A DNA stretch of 64,000 nucleotides from Chrysomallon squamiferum (lineage: Eukaryota; Animalia; Mollusca). The notes under the pieces were generated by a model. That model did not search any database, was not told the origin of the DNA, and saw only the letters and a list, made by a program, of their open reading frames with translations. Location: contig CM022665.1 in NCBI GenBank assembly GCA_012295275.1, positions 23,064,001-23,128,000 on the forward strand, read 5' to 3'. Shown here in pieces: positions 25,847 to 38,449 of this stretch. A program made the translations under genes and the position numbers. Positions within the stretch are counted from its first letter, which is position 1; every line of letters begins with the position of its first letter.

Positions 25847-28499
25847 TTTTTATTTTAAAGTTTTTTTATTCATTTTTAAATTATTATTTATTTACTTAAC
25901 AAAAATGTATTTGAAAGGAAATACTTATTAAACTGAAAAAATTAAATTATTAATTCTTCTTGATATTTGAATTTTATTTTCTTGACTCTGTCACTTTTGT
26001 GACAACGTTACATACTAAAACAAACACTTCATTTTTATTTTCGTTTGTTCAAAACGTGGAACTTAATCATTAAAGGTAAGGCATAAGATTAATGAAGACT
26101 TTGTAGTTTACATAAATTGCATTTCATTTAATTCATATAGTTAATTTCAGTCCTGAAATTGCCACTTAATATCAAAAACTGACGCAATCTTATAATATTT
26201 CAAAATATTAAGAGTTCCATTATTTACAAATCTTGCTGCATGTTAACTTTTGTTAAAGGGATTACCTGAATACGTTTGGGAAGGAACGATTGTACATTCA
26301 TTGTCAAGTGCATTTGCAATTCGTAGTTTAAATAGTGAAAACGGTGATCATCGGGGAAATGTTATTAAATTTGTACGTGCAAGTGACCAATTGATGGTGC
26401 GTCATTCCCATTGATTAGGGGCAATATGGTGCAGTAACACACCAGTAATTTCCCTCACTTCAGACATGCGTCGTGCGGCAAAGTACTCGACTTCCTTCCG
26501 GTGCAGGGATAACTACAGCTGTCTTTTCCCCTCGTTTGTCACGCACATTGAAAGTGTACAGGTATTCACGAACAACCTTAAAAAACTGTTGAGACTTTCA
26601 ATTATTTATTTATACTTATATCGAGGCGTATTTAGTCGATTTTGGTTAATCCTACACGTGAATTGTTAACTTCCATTAGTCAGAGTGACATTAACAGGGA
26701 CAGAAACTTTTAAAATAATTGCGAAGTTCATAAAAGAACAAAATATAATTACAAAAGTAATTTTGTATCGAACAATGGAAACGTTTGGAAAATCTGAATT
26801 TAAGTTAATACAATATCTGATAATATTATTTAAAAGTAATTAAAATTTATATAATTATTTAAAGAAATAAATAAAATAAAATAAAATAAAATAAATGTTG
26901 CTTTAATGTGGTTTTAAGCAGTTATTTAATAACAGTTGAAATAGTGATTTTAAAATATCCAGAATAAACTATTATAAATGTTATTGTTATTATATATATA
27001 TATATATATATATAATAAAAACATACAAACAAACAAACAAATAAATAAATAAAAGACACAGTTACATTTAGATTGAATCCAAGTTTAAAAATTTTACTAG
27101 CCGGACTGATATAGAAAATAAAGTCCAAAACGCGTAATGCAAATTCGTAATATAAAATATATAATCCATACGACAGTTTTTAAAATTATTTTTACTAATA
27201 TATTTACTACCACATTTTCTAATTTTGCTACTACAATTACTATATTTATTACTACAACTACCACTGTTAGCACTACCACAGCTACCGCTACCACTAGGAC
27301 ACCACCACAACAAAACAGTTGTTATCACTAGGCTACGACGACGTCATTTTAAATACGTTGTATTTTGATTCAGCGGGACGACATAATACAGTATTAGATT
27401 TAGTAAAACAAAATAAAATGAAATAAAATATAATAAAACACCAGGAATTCTGCCAAAAACCCGAAACAGGTAACTTTCCCGATTTGGATAATTGCCACAT
27501 ATTTCAGGTGCTACGAAAATGATATGTACTTTAACAATTCTTCTTTTCTTTTCTTACTAATATTTTTCTTTCATTCTCATCTTCCATATATCAGAAATGA
27601 AGTGTTATCATAAACTTAGTGTCAGGTTATTGTATACATATGTGTGTGGTCTCGCATATGTAAAGACAAACACATGCATTCGGGCAATTTTTACCTGCGG
27701 GGGGACACCTGGGCGGCTGGCAACTGTGGCAGTGGCACGCGATTCTAATGAAACGTGAAGTTTCGAGCCCACGTCCTTGCAAATCGTTGAAAAAGAAGCG
27801 ACGATACGTACAGAATACGGCTACAGTGTAAACAGATGTTGATACATCTTTTCATAGCGGTTTTAAAAAGCTTTTCAAGTGCCAGCTAAACGTGTGTGTT
27901 TCTAACAGCGAGAATCGCTTGCTCGATGTTTGCCAACAGAAATGAAAAGATAACATATAAACTGAATGATATGTTCACAGGTCTCTAATCGGAACATTTC
28001 AACACCCTCTTTACCACAGATAGGAGAAGACTATTCAAAGAGCACCTGGTCGGGGTTCCATTGTAATTTGTCAATTTACCTTCACCTAGGTAATTATCCC
28101 CCTTTTTGATCTCATTGTGAGACATCGCGAACATATCACCCAGAATTTTCTAATACTGCAAAATATTTTAAATACTAGCTAAATTTAAGCTCATGCCTGA
28201 CACGATATGTATCTGTAGGAGTAGTAATAGTTATTGTCGTTGTTTTTAGTTTGAGCTTCTATAGTAGAGAAGTAGGGAAAATAGTAATAGTAACAACAGT
28301 ATTGTAGCAGTTGTTGTTGTTGTAGAGATGTATATGAATGAAGGAAAGGATGAATTAGGTTTAAGAAAAAAACATTTAAATATATTTATAGTAATTTCAT
28401 CGCCATCTTTGTCGAAATAGTGTTATTACTGGTGGTTTGGAAGAAGTAGTAATAGTAATACGTATTATTAATATTATTATTATTATTATTATTATTATT

Positions 28500-28546
<47 letters not shown>

Positions 28547-29362
28547 ATGGTAGTGTTGGTGTTAGAGTGGAAGATGATGGTGATAATTAATGCATATTTG
28601 TAAATCCGAATTACAAGAAGTTAGCGATGAAACAAACAACAAAATTAAAATAAAATAGAAATAAATAAATAAATAACGTAACGTGCACAGAGACCATAAA
28701 ATGAAAGTAAAAACAGACGCCTAATAAAGAAAGGAATCAAATAAGCAGGAAACAATAAAAGTCGTGCTCCAGAAATATTAAGACGATAATGAATTTGTGA
28801 CAGTCAGCACGCATTATACGTGATATTCGCTATACATTAACTCGTATCCACGCTTAGCCTATAAATTCATTCAACATATTTCTCTTGTCCCTTACCTTAT
28901 CGTATCTCCGTGTCCCCGGGCGTGTCAGTTCTCAGCAGACAGTTGAACAAACATACACTTATTGACCAAACCTATCTCCCGAGGCGGACTGATTTAATAC
29001 AAAATCTGTTTATTTCGTCGAAACGCTTCATGATTGTTTAGTGTTTGACCGCACGAACCAGGTTCAGTGTCGCATATGAATTTCTTTTCCATAGCATATA
29101 TAATGTAGAATAAAATAAACATTAAATATCACACAGACATCCAAAACACAAAACCTATACCACACCTACTCGTTACTCCAGGTCTTCAGATGGGACAGAA
29201 TTATCTTGTTGTAAAGTGTTTAAGAAGTGGGACTTGTAACGTACAGGAGAATATCGCTCTCCAATGCACACGGCACATGCAGTACAATGCTATTAAAAAG
29301 TGCAGATGAATATTTCACAGTACGTTAATGCAATCTATAATCTGAATCTGTCTGTATGTTTT

Positions 29363-29510
29363 TATATCTGTTATATCTATCTGTTATATCTATCTGTTAT
29401 ATCTATCTGTCTATCTGTTATTTATATCCATCTGTCTCTCTGTCTGTCTGTCTGTCTGTCTTTCTCTATCTATTAAGCCATCTATCTATGTCTATCTTTC
29501 TATCTATCTA
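29363..29510. repeat. Short 13-bp tandem unit (TATCTGTTATATC) grading into (TATC/TGTC)n
   Basis: About three copies of the unit followed by degenerate tetranucleotide repeats. Confidence 0.8.
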
Positions 29511-29762
29511 ATCATTATTTATTTTATTTTATTTTATTTCATTTATTTCATTTGTTTATTTACTTGCTTGTTGAAAATATTATTTTATTTCCAGATGAAA
29601 CCTTTAAGCTTTGTTCTGTTTCATAAAACTAACAAGCTGAAAGATTCCCTTCTGCTAATTACGTCAGTTGGTTGTGTTATTTTCAAATACAGCAACACCT
29701 ATGTTTCATCTGATAGTTCGTGTAATGTACATTCTGCCTTCAGCAATGCAGCAATTCCGTGG

Positions 29763-29808
<46 letters not shown>

Positions 29809-30655
29809 TGTGTTTGTATATATATATATATATATATATTAATAATAATTATATTATTCATATTATTAAGTCTGTAACGCACCAACATTCTATAAGATGT
29901 GTTCCGACCAACGTATGTTTTGACTTACGAAGAGTCCCAGAAATATCCACTTACTAACGCGGTGAGTGACTATATTTAACAAACATTAATAAAAATGAGG
30001 TGTTAAACATTTATTCTTACATTCACTCATTTATTAGTTCCATCTGACTGTTGTTTTGTTCATTAGTTCACTCGCATATGCTACGTTATGAAAATATCAT
30101 AGAATTCTGTGCTCAGAGGTTTTATACCAGTACACTCAAAACCCCGAACTGATTTTCAAGTACAAAGTTAAGATGACACGGAATTCAGTTTTTAACAGCT
30201 TTGCACGAATGTCACTTACAACAGTCAATTATGATGATATCGCGGAATTCAGTGTCCACTTTTATTTTCTTCGGAATTTTGGTACTAAATCCACTTCAAA
30301 AAGCTAAGACTTCTTACTTATCATTCGGGAAGTTTTCACGCAATTACTCAAAAGTTAAACTCTATAAAAAAAAAGTATATGTACTTACTGAATCACAAAT
30401 CATTTACAAAAAAAGGTATTTTTATCTGTGTAAAGAACAAGCCGGGGTATGTTTTAAAAGAAAAAAGAATTTCCTATAGTTTATCGCCTCTTCGTCATTG
30501 CCTACAGCACACAGTACTCAGCGTCACCATGCATTTTCGACGTCAGCCTTTTCGTCGTCATCATTGTTTAAAATACATTATATTGAATTATTTTAAAATA
30601 ACAAAGATCCTTAATTGATGTTATCATTTTAATTCAATCACAAACCACTTCCATC

Positions 30656-30686
<31 letters not shown>

Positions 30687-32774
30687 TGGACAAAAAAGTC
30701 AAACATTTTATACTTTTTCTGGGTTTGTTTTTATAAAGCGATAATCTGTACTGAAGTATGTGTTGGTAGACATGACTGACAAGAACAGATATCTTTGCAT
30801 GGATCTGCTGAATCTTAAAAATGCTAATGATTTGAATTATCTCTGTTTTATACAATTGGGAAGCACTTAAGAGATGAAAGAAATACTGATAAAACAAAAG
30901 ATATGATAATTCTCTGAATACATTTATACAGATAGAGAAAAAAACAACTTGTTAAATTCAAAAAGGAATTTTTTAATATATTCTTTACGACTCTTGATAC
31001 GCGTTATTTTTGGTTGTCCTACTCTCAATATATTGTCATTTAAATCACATTGTCATTGTTAAAATTTATTTTTATTTCACTACCTTTTATTTCTTTTCAC
31101 ACAACAAAATATGGCATGCAAATAATATGAACGATTAGAACGAGCTTATTTCACAGTTATTATTCGGTTTTCGATAAGCGAGAAACAGATGCATGGGTTA
31201 TTTACCCTGTACAAACGATATTCATTTTGAAAATATTAAATCCTTTGTCAGTGAAATATTGCTCTTGTTACAAGCTGAATTATTTTAAAAAATGTTACGT
31301 GCTTTTTAAGAAAATTAAATTTTGTATCAAATATCAACTGTAGTCAATAATGTTTTTCAATCATACACACACACACATATGTGTATGTATATATATGTAT
31401 GTATGTATGTATGTGTGTGTATATATATATATGTATGTGTGTGTATGTATGTATGTATGTTGGCGTCTGTTTTATTTGAAAAAAAATTCTTATGGGTTAA
31501 ATACAAACAATTTTCATTTTTTGGTTCAGACAGAAATAAAACGTATTCTTCTCTTATTTAATCGATGTAAAGTAATACACTACTAAAGCTGTTTTTTCTT
31601 GTAATTCTAATTTTCCTGAAACTGGTAAATGATCTGGAACCTATACTTTACTCCTATCATCATCATCAACATCAGCATCATCATCATTAGTAGTAGTAGT
31701 AGTAGTAGCAGCATCAGCAGCAGTAGTAGAATTAGTAATAGTAATGTAATTAGTATTAGTAGTTTATTAATAAGCTCTGATGAAACAATAAATAACATTA
31801 ATTTTAGCTCACTTTTTTCATTCGAAGGATTATTTAAGCAAATATTTATAAATCCTTATGTTTCGTGCATTATCACTTAATATATATTTAAAAATTATAA
31901 TTACTAGATTACTAAGAAAGAGAACTGACCTCAAAACCTATTTGTCCTTTCTCCAACGGACCGTACGTCCATGCACCGATTTTTATTTTCTAAAGGCTGT
32001 TATTTATGTTTGTTTTAAAATGAAACATTTTGTTTTCAGAATTATATATTCATCAAGATGATGATATCTGCGCTTTGCTGGAATATTTAATTAACATCTG
32101 TTGGTAAGAGATCATAACTGGATTTGAAACCACTACCTGTAAGTGTTCTGATAGACTGTTTTGAAAGCAATGACCACAATAGCTAATGAAACACATGCAT
32201 ACTCATAGCTACATCTGTTACTAACAATAATGAACATATTTTGAAGAAAAAAAAAGAAAGAAAGAAAAAAAAAGATGAAATGAAATATAAATACACAATG
32301 GAATAATTAGATATAATACAAAACACTAGAAAATTGATCAGCCTAGTTAGCCACTTGCGCTCATGAATGCCCGCTAGCAATACGGGAAAACAATCATTTA
32401 TTAGTAAAAATAATAGTTAAATATTTACATATATGTTTCTATTCACTCACAGGCATAGAAGTAGATTAATAATTAAATGTTTCGATGTATTTGTTGACGA
32501 AAAAGAGAATAATATTAAGCTTAATTTTGAACTACTGAAAGAGTAAAACCATTCGTGGAAAACAGAAGATAACAAACACGAATATAATAACTAACAAAAT
32601 AAATACTGAAAATCGAAAACAATAACAATGGAAAGATAAAGGTTAAATTTAAATTAATAATGTAAACATTGTGTAATAAACTATTTAGACAAATTCAAAT
32701 TGATTTTATTTTTGTATGTGTATGTGTGTATATATATACACAAACACATACACACAATATATAGCGAAAGAGAA

Positions 32775-32780
<6 letters not shown>

Positions 32781-32843
<63 letters not shown>

Positions 32844-32858
32844 AGCAAGAGAGAGAGA
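32781..32858. repeat. (GA)n microsatellite
   Basis: Directly visible. Confidence 0.95.
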
Positions 32859-35424
32859 ACATTTATTAACAAATATATTAAATTTATTATATTTTCATAT
32901 ATGTTCTAAACACGTGATCGTGAAACATACACTATCTCACTTTCCATCAGAACTCCAATAACATATTAATAAAGATTTTATTTCATTATAATTACAGAAT
33001 ACATTCTGCTTAGTCATTTAACATGTATTTGGATTAATTTGCCCTCTAAAAATATCCCATGCACATTATCTCTATTTTACCGTAATTAAAATTGTGCAAT
33101 TTGACTCTACTGGCTTACAAACGTTGTGGTTAGATACCCATAATGACAAAAATCTCCTGTCGGTGTCGTATTCACAAAACAATTACGGTTTCAACTAAAT
33201 ACCGTTTATCAGAGAGCCCGTGCTATGCCCAAAGGGCTGGGGATATCATTATATCCTTTCTTTTTTTAATCCCTTTCTTCAACTGAAAAAAGTCAAATTA
33301 TAAAGATAGTGCTGACAAACAGCTAGTATTTTTTCTTTTTTTTTCTTTTTTTCTTTTTCTTTTCAATTTTTTTTTTTTTTTTTTTTTAATATTGGTAATT
33401 TATACTTCATCCCGGTTCTAACCGATACCTTTCTGTTTGTTAAAACCAGACATGTTCATTTTGAAAAACGAACACACTGGTTATAGTCGATCAATAACAC
33501 TGGAGAAATGGCGTATCAAATTTTTGATAATAGGTGTATAATGCTTTCGGCTTGAAATGAAGTCCATTCGATACGTCATGATCCGAAAATCAGTAATGGG
33601 TATGATAGAAACAAAAGACATTTTAACAGAAATACAAAACTAATTGTTTGTTAGATTATCCTGAATTCGTTACTGAAAGTCTCCGGCTTGAAGCATATGA
33701 TAGATTTGTCAAAAACAGCGAGAATGATGCCTCGGGATTTTTAGGACTTGAATTTCAGTAAAACAAATAACAAGTAACTATTCGATATCGAATTTTTATA
33801 TTTAATACATATATGAGTTTGTTGTTTGAAATGAATCATTCCATTTAAAGCTAAAATTATACTGTCGTTGTTTCATCATACAATATTTACCTTGATTCAT
33901 AATATAAACTGACTGAATGTATCATAACACATAGAAGATGAAACTCTTTATGAAAGGTATTGGAGAATATTATTGTTCGTAAGTAGATGAAATACGAACC
34001 CAAATTTGAAATACTATTTAGAAATAATTACTAATGAATGAAATCGTCCATATATATATATATATAGCAAATACATTTTTCAAATAGTGTCTTTTCACTA
34101 TTTTTAAATTTCATTACATAATAATGTCAACACCAACAAAAATAACAGCAGAAGCAGCAGCAGCAAAAACAGCAACGACGTCAGCAACAGTAATGTTCTT
34201 GCTGTCATTTCTTATGACAAAAGCAAGAGATAAAAAGTTCAACGGGTAAGAAGAAGATCCGAAAAGTTAAACAAGAGCAAAAAGAAGAAGAAGAGAAGAA
34301 GATCCAAGAATAATTAAACAAATAGGATGACTTTTTCACGCTTGTCCTTTAAACAACAAACAGAGGAGGAAAAGAAGAAGAATTGTTATCAGTTTATTTT
34401 ATGAATTTATTTTTAAATAAAAGTCATTATTATAATATTTATTCAGGAGTCGGATACTAATTATGCTGCGGAGTCTTTATACTAATTATTATTATAAGTT
34501 TTTTTTATTTCTTAAAACATTCCAAGTAGGAGCAGTTTTCTTGAGCTTTTCGCAAAGAATAAAATTTCTCTTACAAAAAGGGTGCAGAAAATTATCTTGT
34601 AGTTCTTTTCTTTTCATTCCACTTTCTTTTCTTTTTTTCTGTTTCTTTCTTTCTTTCTTTCTTTCTTTTATTTATTTATTATTTTTTCTCTTTTTTTTTT
34701 CTCTTTTTTTTTAAAGAAATATATTTATATATCCTAATGAAGATCCCATAAAATTAATATAATTCAAAACTGTTGTGACAAGGAGTCAAATCAACTTAAC
34801 TATTGTTATCGTTATCAATTTTGCGGTACTTTGCGTTATTTACCCACCAAGAGGTGGCTTCCGGTGCGATCTATTTAACGCTAGAAGAATTCGTTAGCAA
34901 CAGATCGGTTGACAGTCTGACACGTTGCGCCATCTTGTTGCCTGATACGTCAGCTGATATATCAAGAGAATGGGCGCGGAAGAGAAAACAAATAACATTT
35001 AAACTGTTTTATTAACAAAGAAAATAATTAGTTCTCAGGGATTCCAATTGTAATTTAATCTATAAATAACAATTTTTTTTTTTTTTTTTTTTTTAGTTTT
35101 TTCACCACTAGGATAGAATCATTCATTTGAAATTAATCTTTACGTTTTTGTTTCCATATCTGGAATCTAAAACGTAATAATGAAGAACAGTGAGCGATAT
35201 GCTATAAACAGATGCACTGAATATTATATAGTATAGTTAGATTACTGGTTTAAATAATAATAATAATAATAATAAAGATACAAATATTTCTTACCTTTTA
35301 CAGCAACAGCAGCAATTACTACACTATTACAATAATAGTGATGATAGAGAATTATAGGGACAATTATTAATATTTTCATGAATATAAAAATATTGTTTGA
35401 ATATCCAGAAATTCAATAACACTG

Positions 35425-35710
35425 GAATGAACGAGCGAATGAATGAATGAATATTAATTTTATTTAACAACACCGCAACTCATTTTAATATAAGCGGTTA
35501 TTAGATGTCGGTCAGGTGTTCAATAACATTTGTTTATCTGCGTTACATATCTTTATACCGTTATTAGAACATCAGTGTTGAAATAATAAAAACAATACAT
35601 GTAAAACGCAGTCTCATGGGTTGTTCTTGTCAGATGGTTACCAAGGACATTACAAGTTAAACTTAAGTACGAAAAAGTGACAGATGTATTAATTCCCATG
35701 TATCAGACAA
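35425..35710. mobile_element. Possible old, degenerate SINE-like interspersed repeat fragment
   Basis: A (GAAT)n tract followed by TTTATTTAACAACACCGCAACTCATTTT...CGGTTATTAGATGTCGG resembles, from memory only, the tail of an abundant gastropod interspersed repeat. Single copy in this window; no TSD found. Confidence 0.3.
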
Positions 35711-38305
35711 CCAGACAGATACATGTCTTACACTTGAGGTTTATTCTGGTTCCTTTGTTCGAAACAGGCGAATGTCATAGTATCAAATATTTATAAGAAT
35801 ATGAAAAAAGCAAGAAAATAAAAATAATAACAGAAAATAAAGTAACAAAAAAACAAAAAAAAAAAATAGCAGAAAGACAAGTAAATAAAAAACAATTTAT
35901 GACACTGAAATACGGATAAGCAAATGTCACTGTAATAAATAAACCTTCAATATTTTTCTGTTATGATTCTTTGTTTTAAATATCATATTCTGATCAGTGA
36001 TTCAAATGTGCTATTTTTCACATGAAGGTATTTCTTGATATGTTTTGGAAGATTTTTATTAAGCATTTAAGGAAAATATCAAAATAACAGATTTATTGTT
36101 TTAACGTTATACTTCTGTATACAGTTTCAAGCAAACAAAAACGCCAAACTCCTTCACATATACACGCATACATATACGCGCGCGCACATACACACGTAAA
36201 AATAATATTATGGAGAAAGAAAGAACGAAAGAAGAAAATCTGGAGATCAAGGATCTGGTATTTCAAATACCCTAATTTAGAGTACGATAAGTTCACAAAC
36301 TGTAACTTTCATTTCTTAATGAAGTTAAAATTAGCTTCAGTGAAAGATGATCATTTCTATACCCCCCATTCCAAAGAAAAAACTTATTAGCGTTTTCACT
36401 ATTTTTGTTCCAAGTAAAACTGATAGGTTATCATCTGAGTGTTTTCTTCTTTGATCAAGAAGCCGTTCATACGAAGATTTGCTCAGAGACAGGACAACCA
36501 AGTCGGGCTCCAGTAGAGAAACACTTCTAGACGTTCGATAACAAGAACTGGTTCGTTTGCGGCACCTGGGACAAAGACCCTTAGCTTGAAGTCAAGCATC
36601 ATTATAAAAACAAAAGCTCTTAGAATACCGCCGGGTGGCCCACACCTCATAGAAAGAGACGAAACTCGAACCCTGCTGGAGCAAATTGTCTGATACGGAA
36701 TGTATCTTTCTGTCGTGCAGTTTGTTTTCTCAGCAAATAGAGGTATCTTGAATCTAAGCTCTGGTTTCCTGACAGCGTCCCAAATTGATTCGTGTTTAGT
36801 GAAAAGGAAAGTTGATGCGATGAGCTAGCGAAACTTACACACGTCAAGTGGATACGTCTTTCTTTGCAGGTTCTTAACTGCGCTGAACCATTTCAGATGT
36901 TATAATTCCATGTTTTCCCAGTGGCTTTTAAATAAGAATGTACAGAAAATCTTTGAGGAGTGCTAAACGGAAAACAGAATGCATGACACGGGTTTTGTTT
37001 TCTGTTTTTGCGAATTTTGTTGGAGATATATATTTTAGTGAATTATATTTTAGTTAATTAATACTGTCAGTGGTATGCATTTAATAATAATATAATAAAA
37101 ATAAACAAGAGTTCAAATAACAGTTGTGTTTACTGCTCGGTAAGAAGACAATTGAACTAAATAATCCTTTATATTCAAAGCAAATCCAAGAAAGAGGTAA
37201 CATTTCGTTTTTGTACAATAGAAAAATAAAACAAAACAACAACAAAACAAATCATATTATATCTTAAAATAATAAGGAAAATAGAGCACCAGTAAGTAAA
37301 ATTAAATTTTAGAAGGCAGTGATAAATTTCATTTTATTGTTATTATTATTATTATGATTATTACTATTATTAAAGTATTACACACGCACAAACGCACGCA
37401 CGCACAAATATACACATACATCACTGAATCAAAATACGAGATGACTCATATAGTAACCGGGTATTGTATGATTGCGAAACAAAATATATATATACATACA
37501 CAAACACAAATACAGACACAGACACACACACACACACTCACACGCACACAAACACTCACACACACATTTTTGTAAAGTTTTTAATTGCGATGAAGGTGTT
37601 TACAAACAATATTCACAGTGCTGTCGATAAGTATCGAAATTTCTTTTTAATTCTTTTTTCGACAGAATAATATTTCGCAATCATACACTGCTCGGTTGCT
37701 TGCAAGCCGTCCTGTATATTGTTAATTATTAATGATTTAATTATAATATACATTTTGCAACACATTCAACATTAAAGAGCACACCAGACCGCTAGTCAGA
37801 ATTTACTTCTGTTCTGTGATGGTTGACAATTTCCGACAGCTTGCCCTTTGTTCTTGGAGAGATTCTTCACAAAGTGAGCTCCTGTAAATCAATCAGGCTA
37901 TTAGTGTGGACTATTGAATTAGCGTTAGTTGCAAAATGACATTATAGCGCAGATGACATCAGTGTCAGAGAGCACCTTTGTCTGACAACCCCATTAAACA
38001 CTATCTGATCAACCAAATGCCATCAGAGTTGACAATGTGCCCTCAGGTTACCTCCTCGTACTTACACAGAATACTAACCTCCACGATGTAGAGATTTCAA
38101 AAGTTTAGAGATGAAATATGGCTGTTCCTGGGTTCGGTCCCCGATGCCGACTCCTCTGGTTTAGTATTTATGTGAAATGTTGGAGGTTTTGGTGTGAAGT
38201 ATTGACATCATAACAGTCGGAAATCTAGTGCCAGTTTCAGATTCTATTGCTTAATAAATTATTTTCTTAATAAGCTATCCATTTCTTTCTGTCTATCTAT
38301 CTCAG

Positions 38306-38336
<31 letters not shown>

Positions 38337-38406
38337 ATATATAAGTCAATATTTTTATGGAGCAGTAACATTTATACATTCGTACATACATACATATGTT
38401 TGAATA

Positions 38407-38449
<43 letters not shown>

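Noticed and set aside
27711-27776. tRNA/SINE-head-like A-box and B-box (TGGCAGTGG ... TTCGAGCCC); similar B-box-like words near 38130 and 39601
   Set aside because: No cloverleaf can be folded and the boxes are degenerate.
37059-37070. TAATACTGTCAG matching the 5' end of miR-8/200
   Set aside because: The match stops after 12 nt and there is no hairpin.
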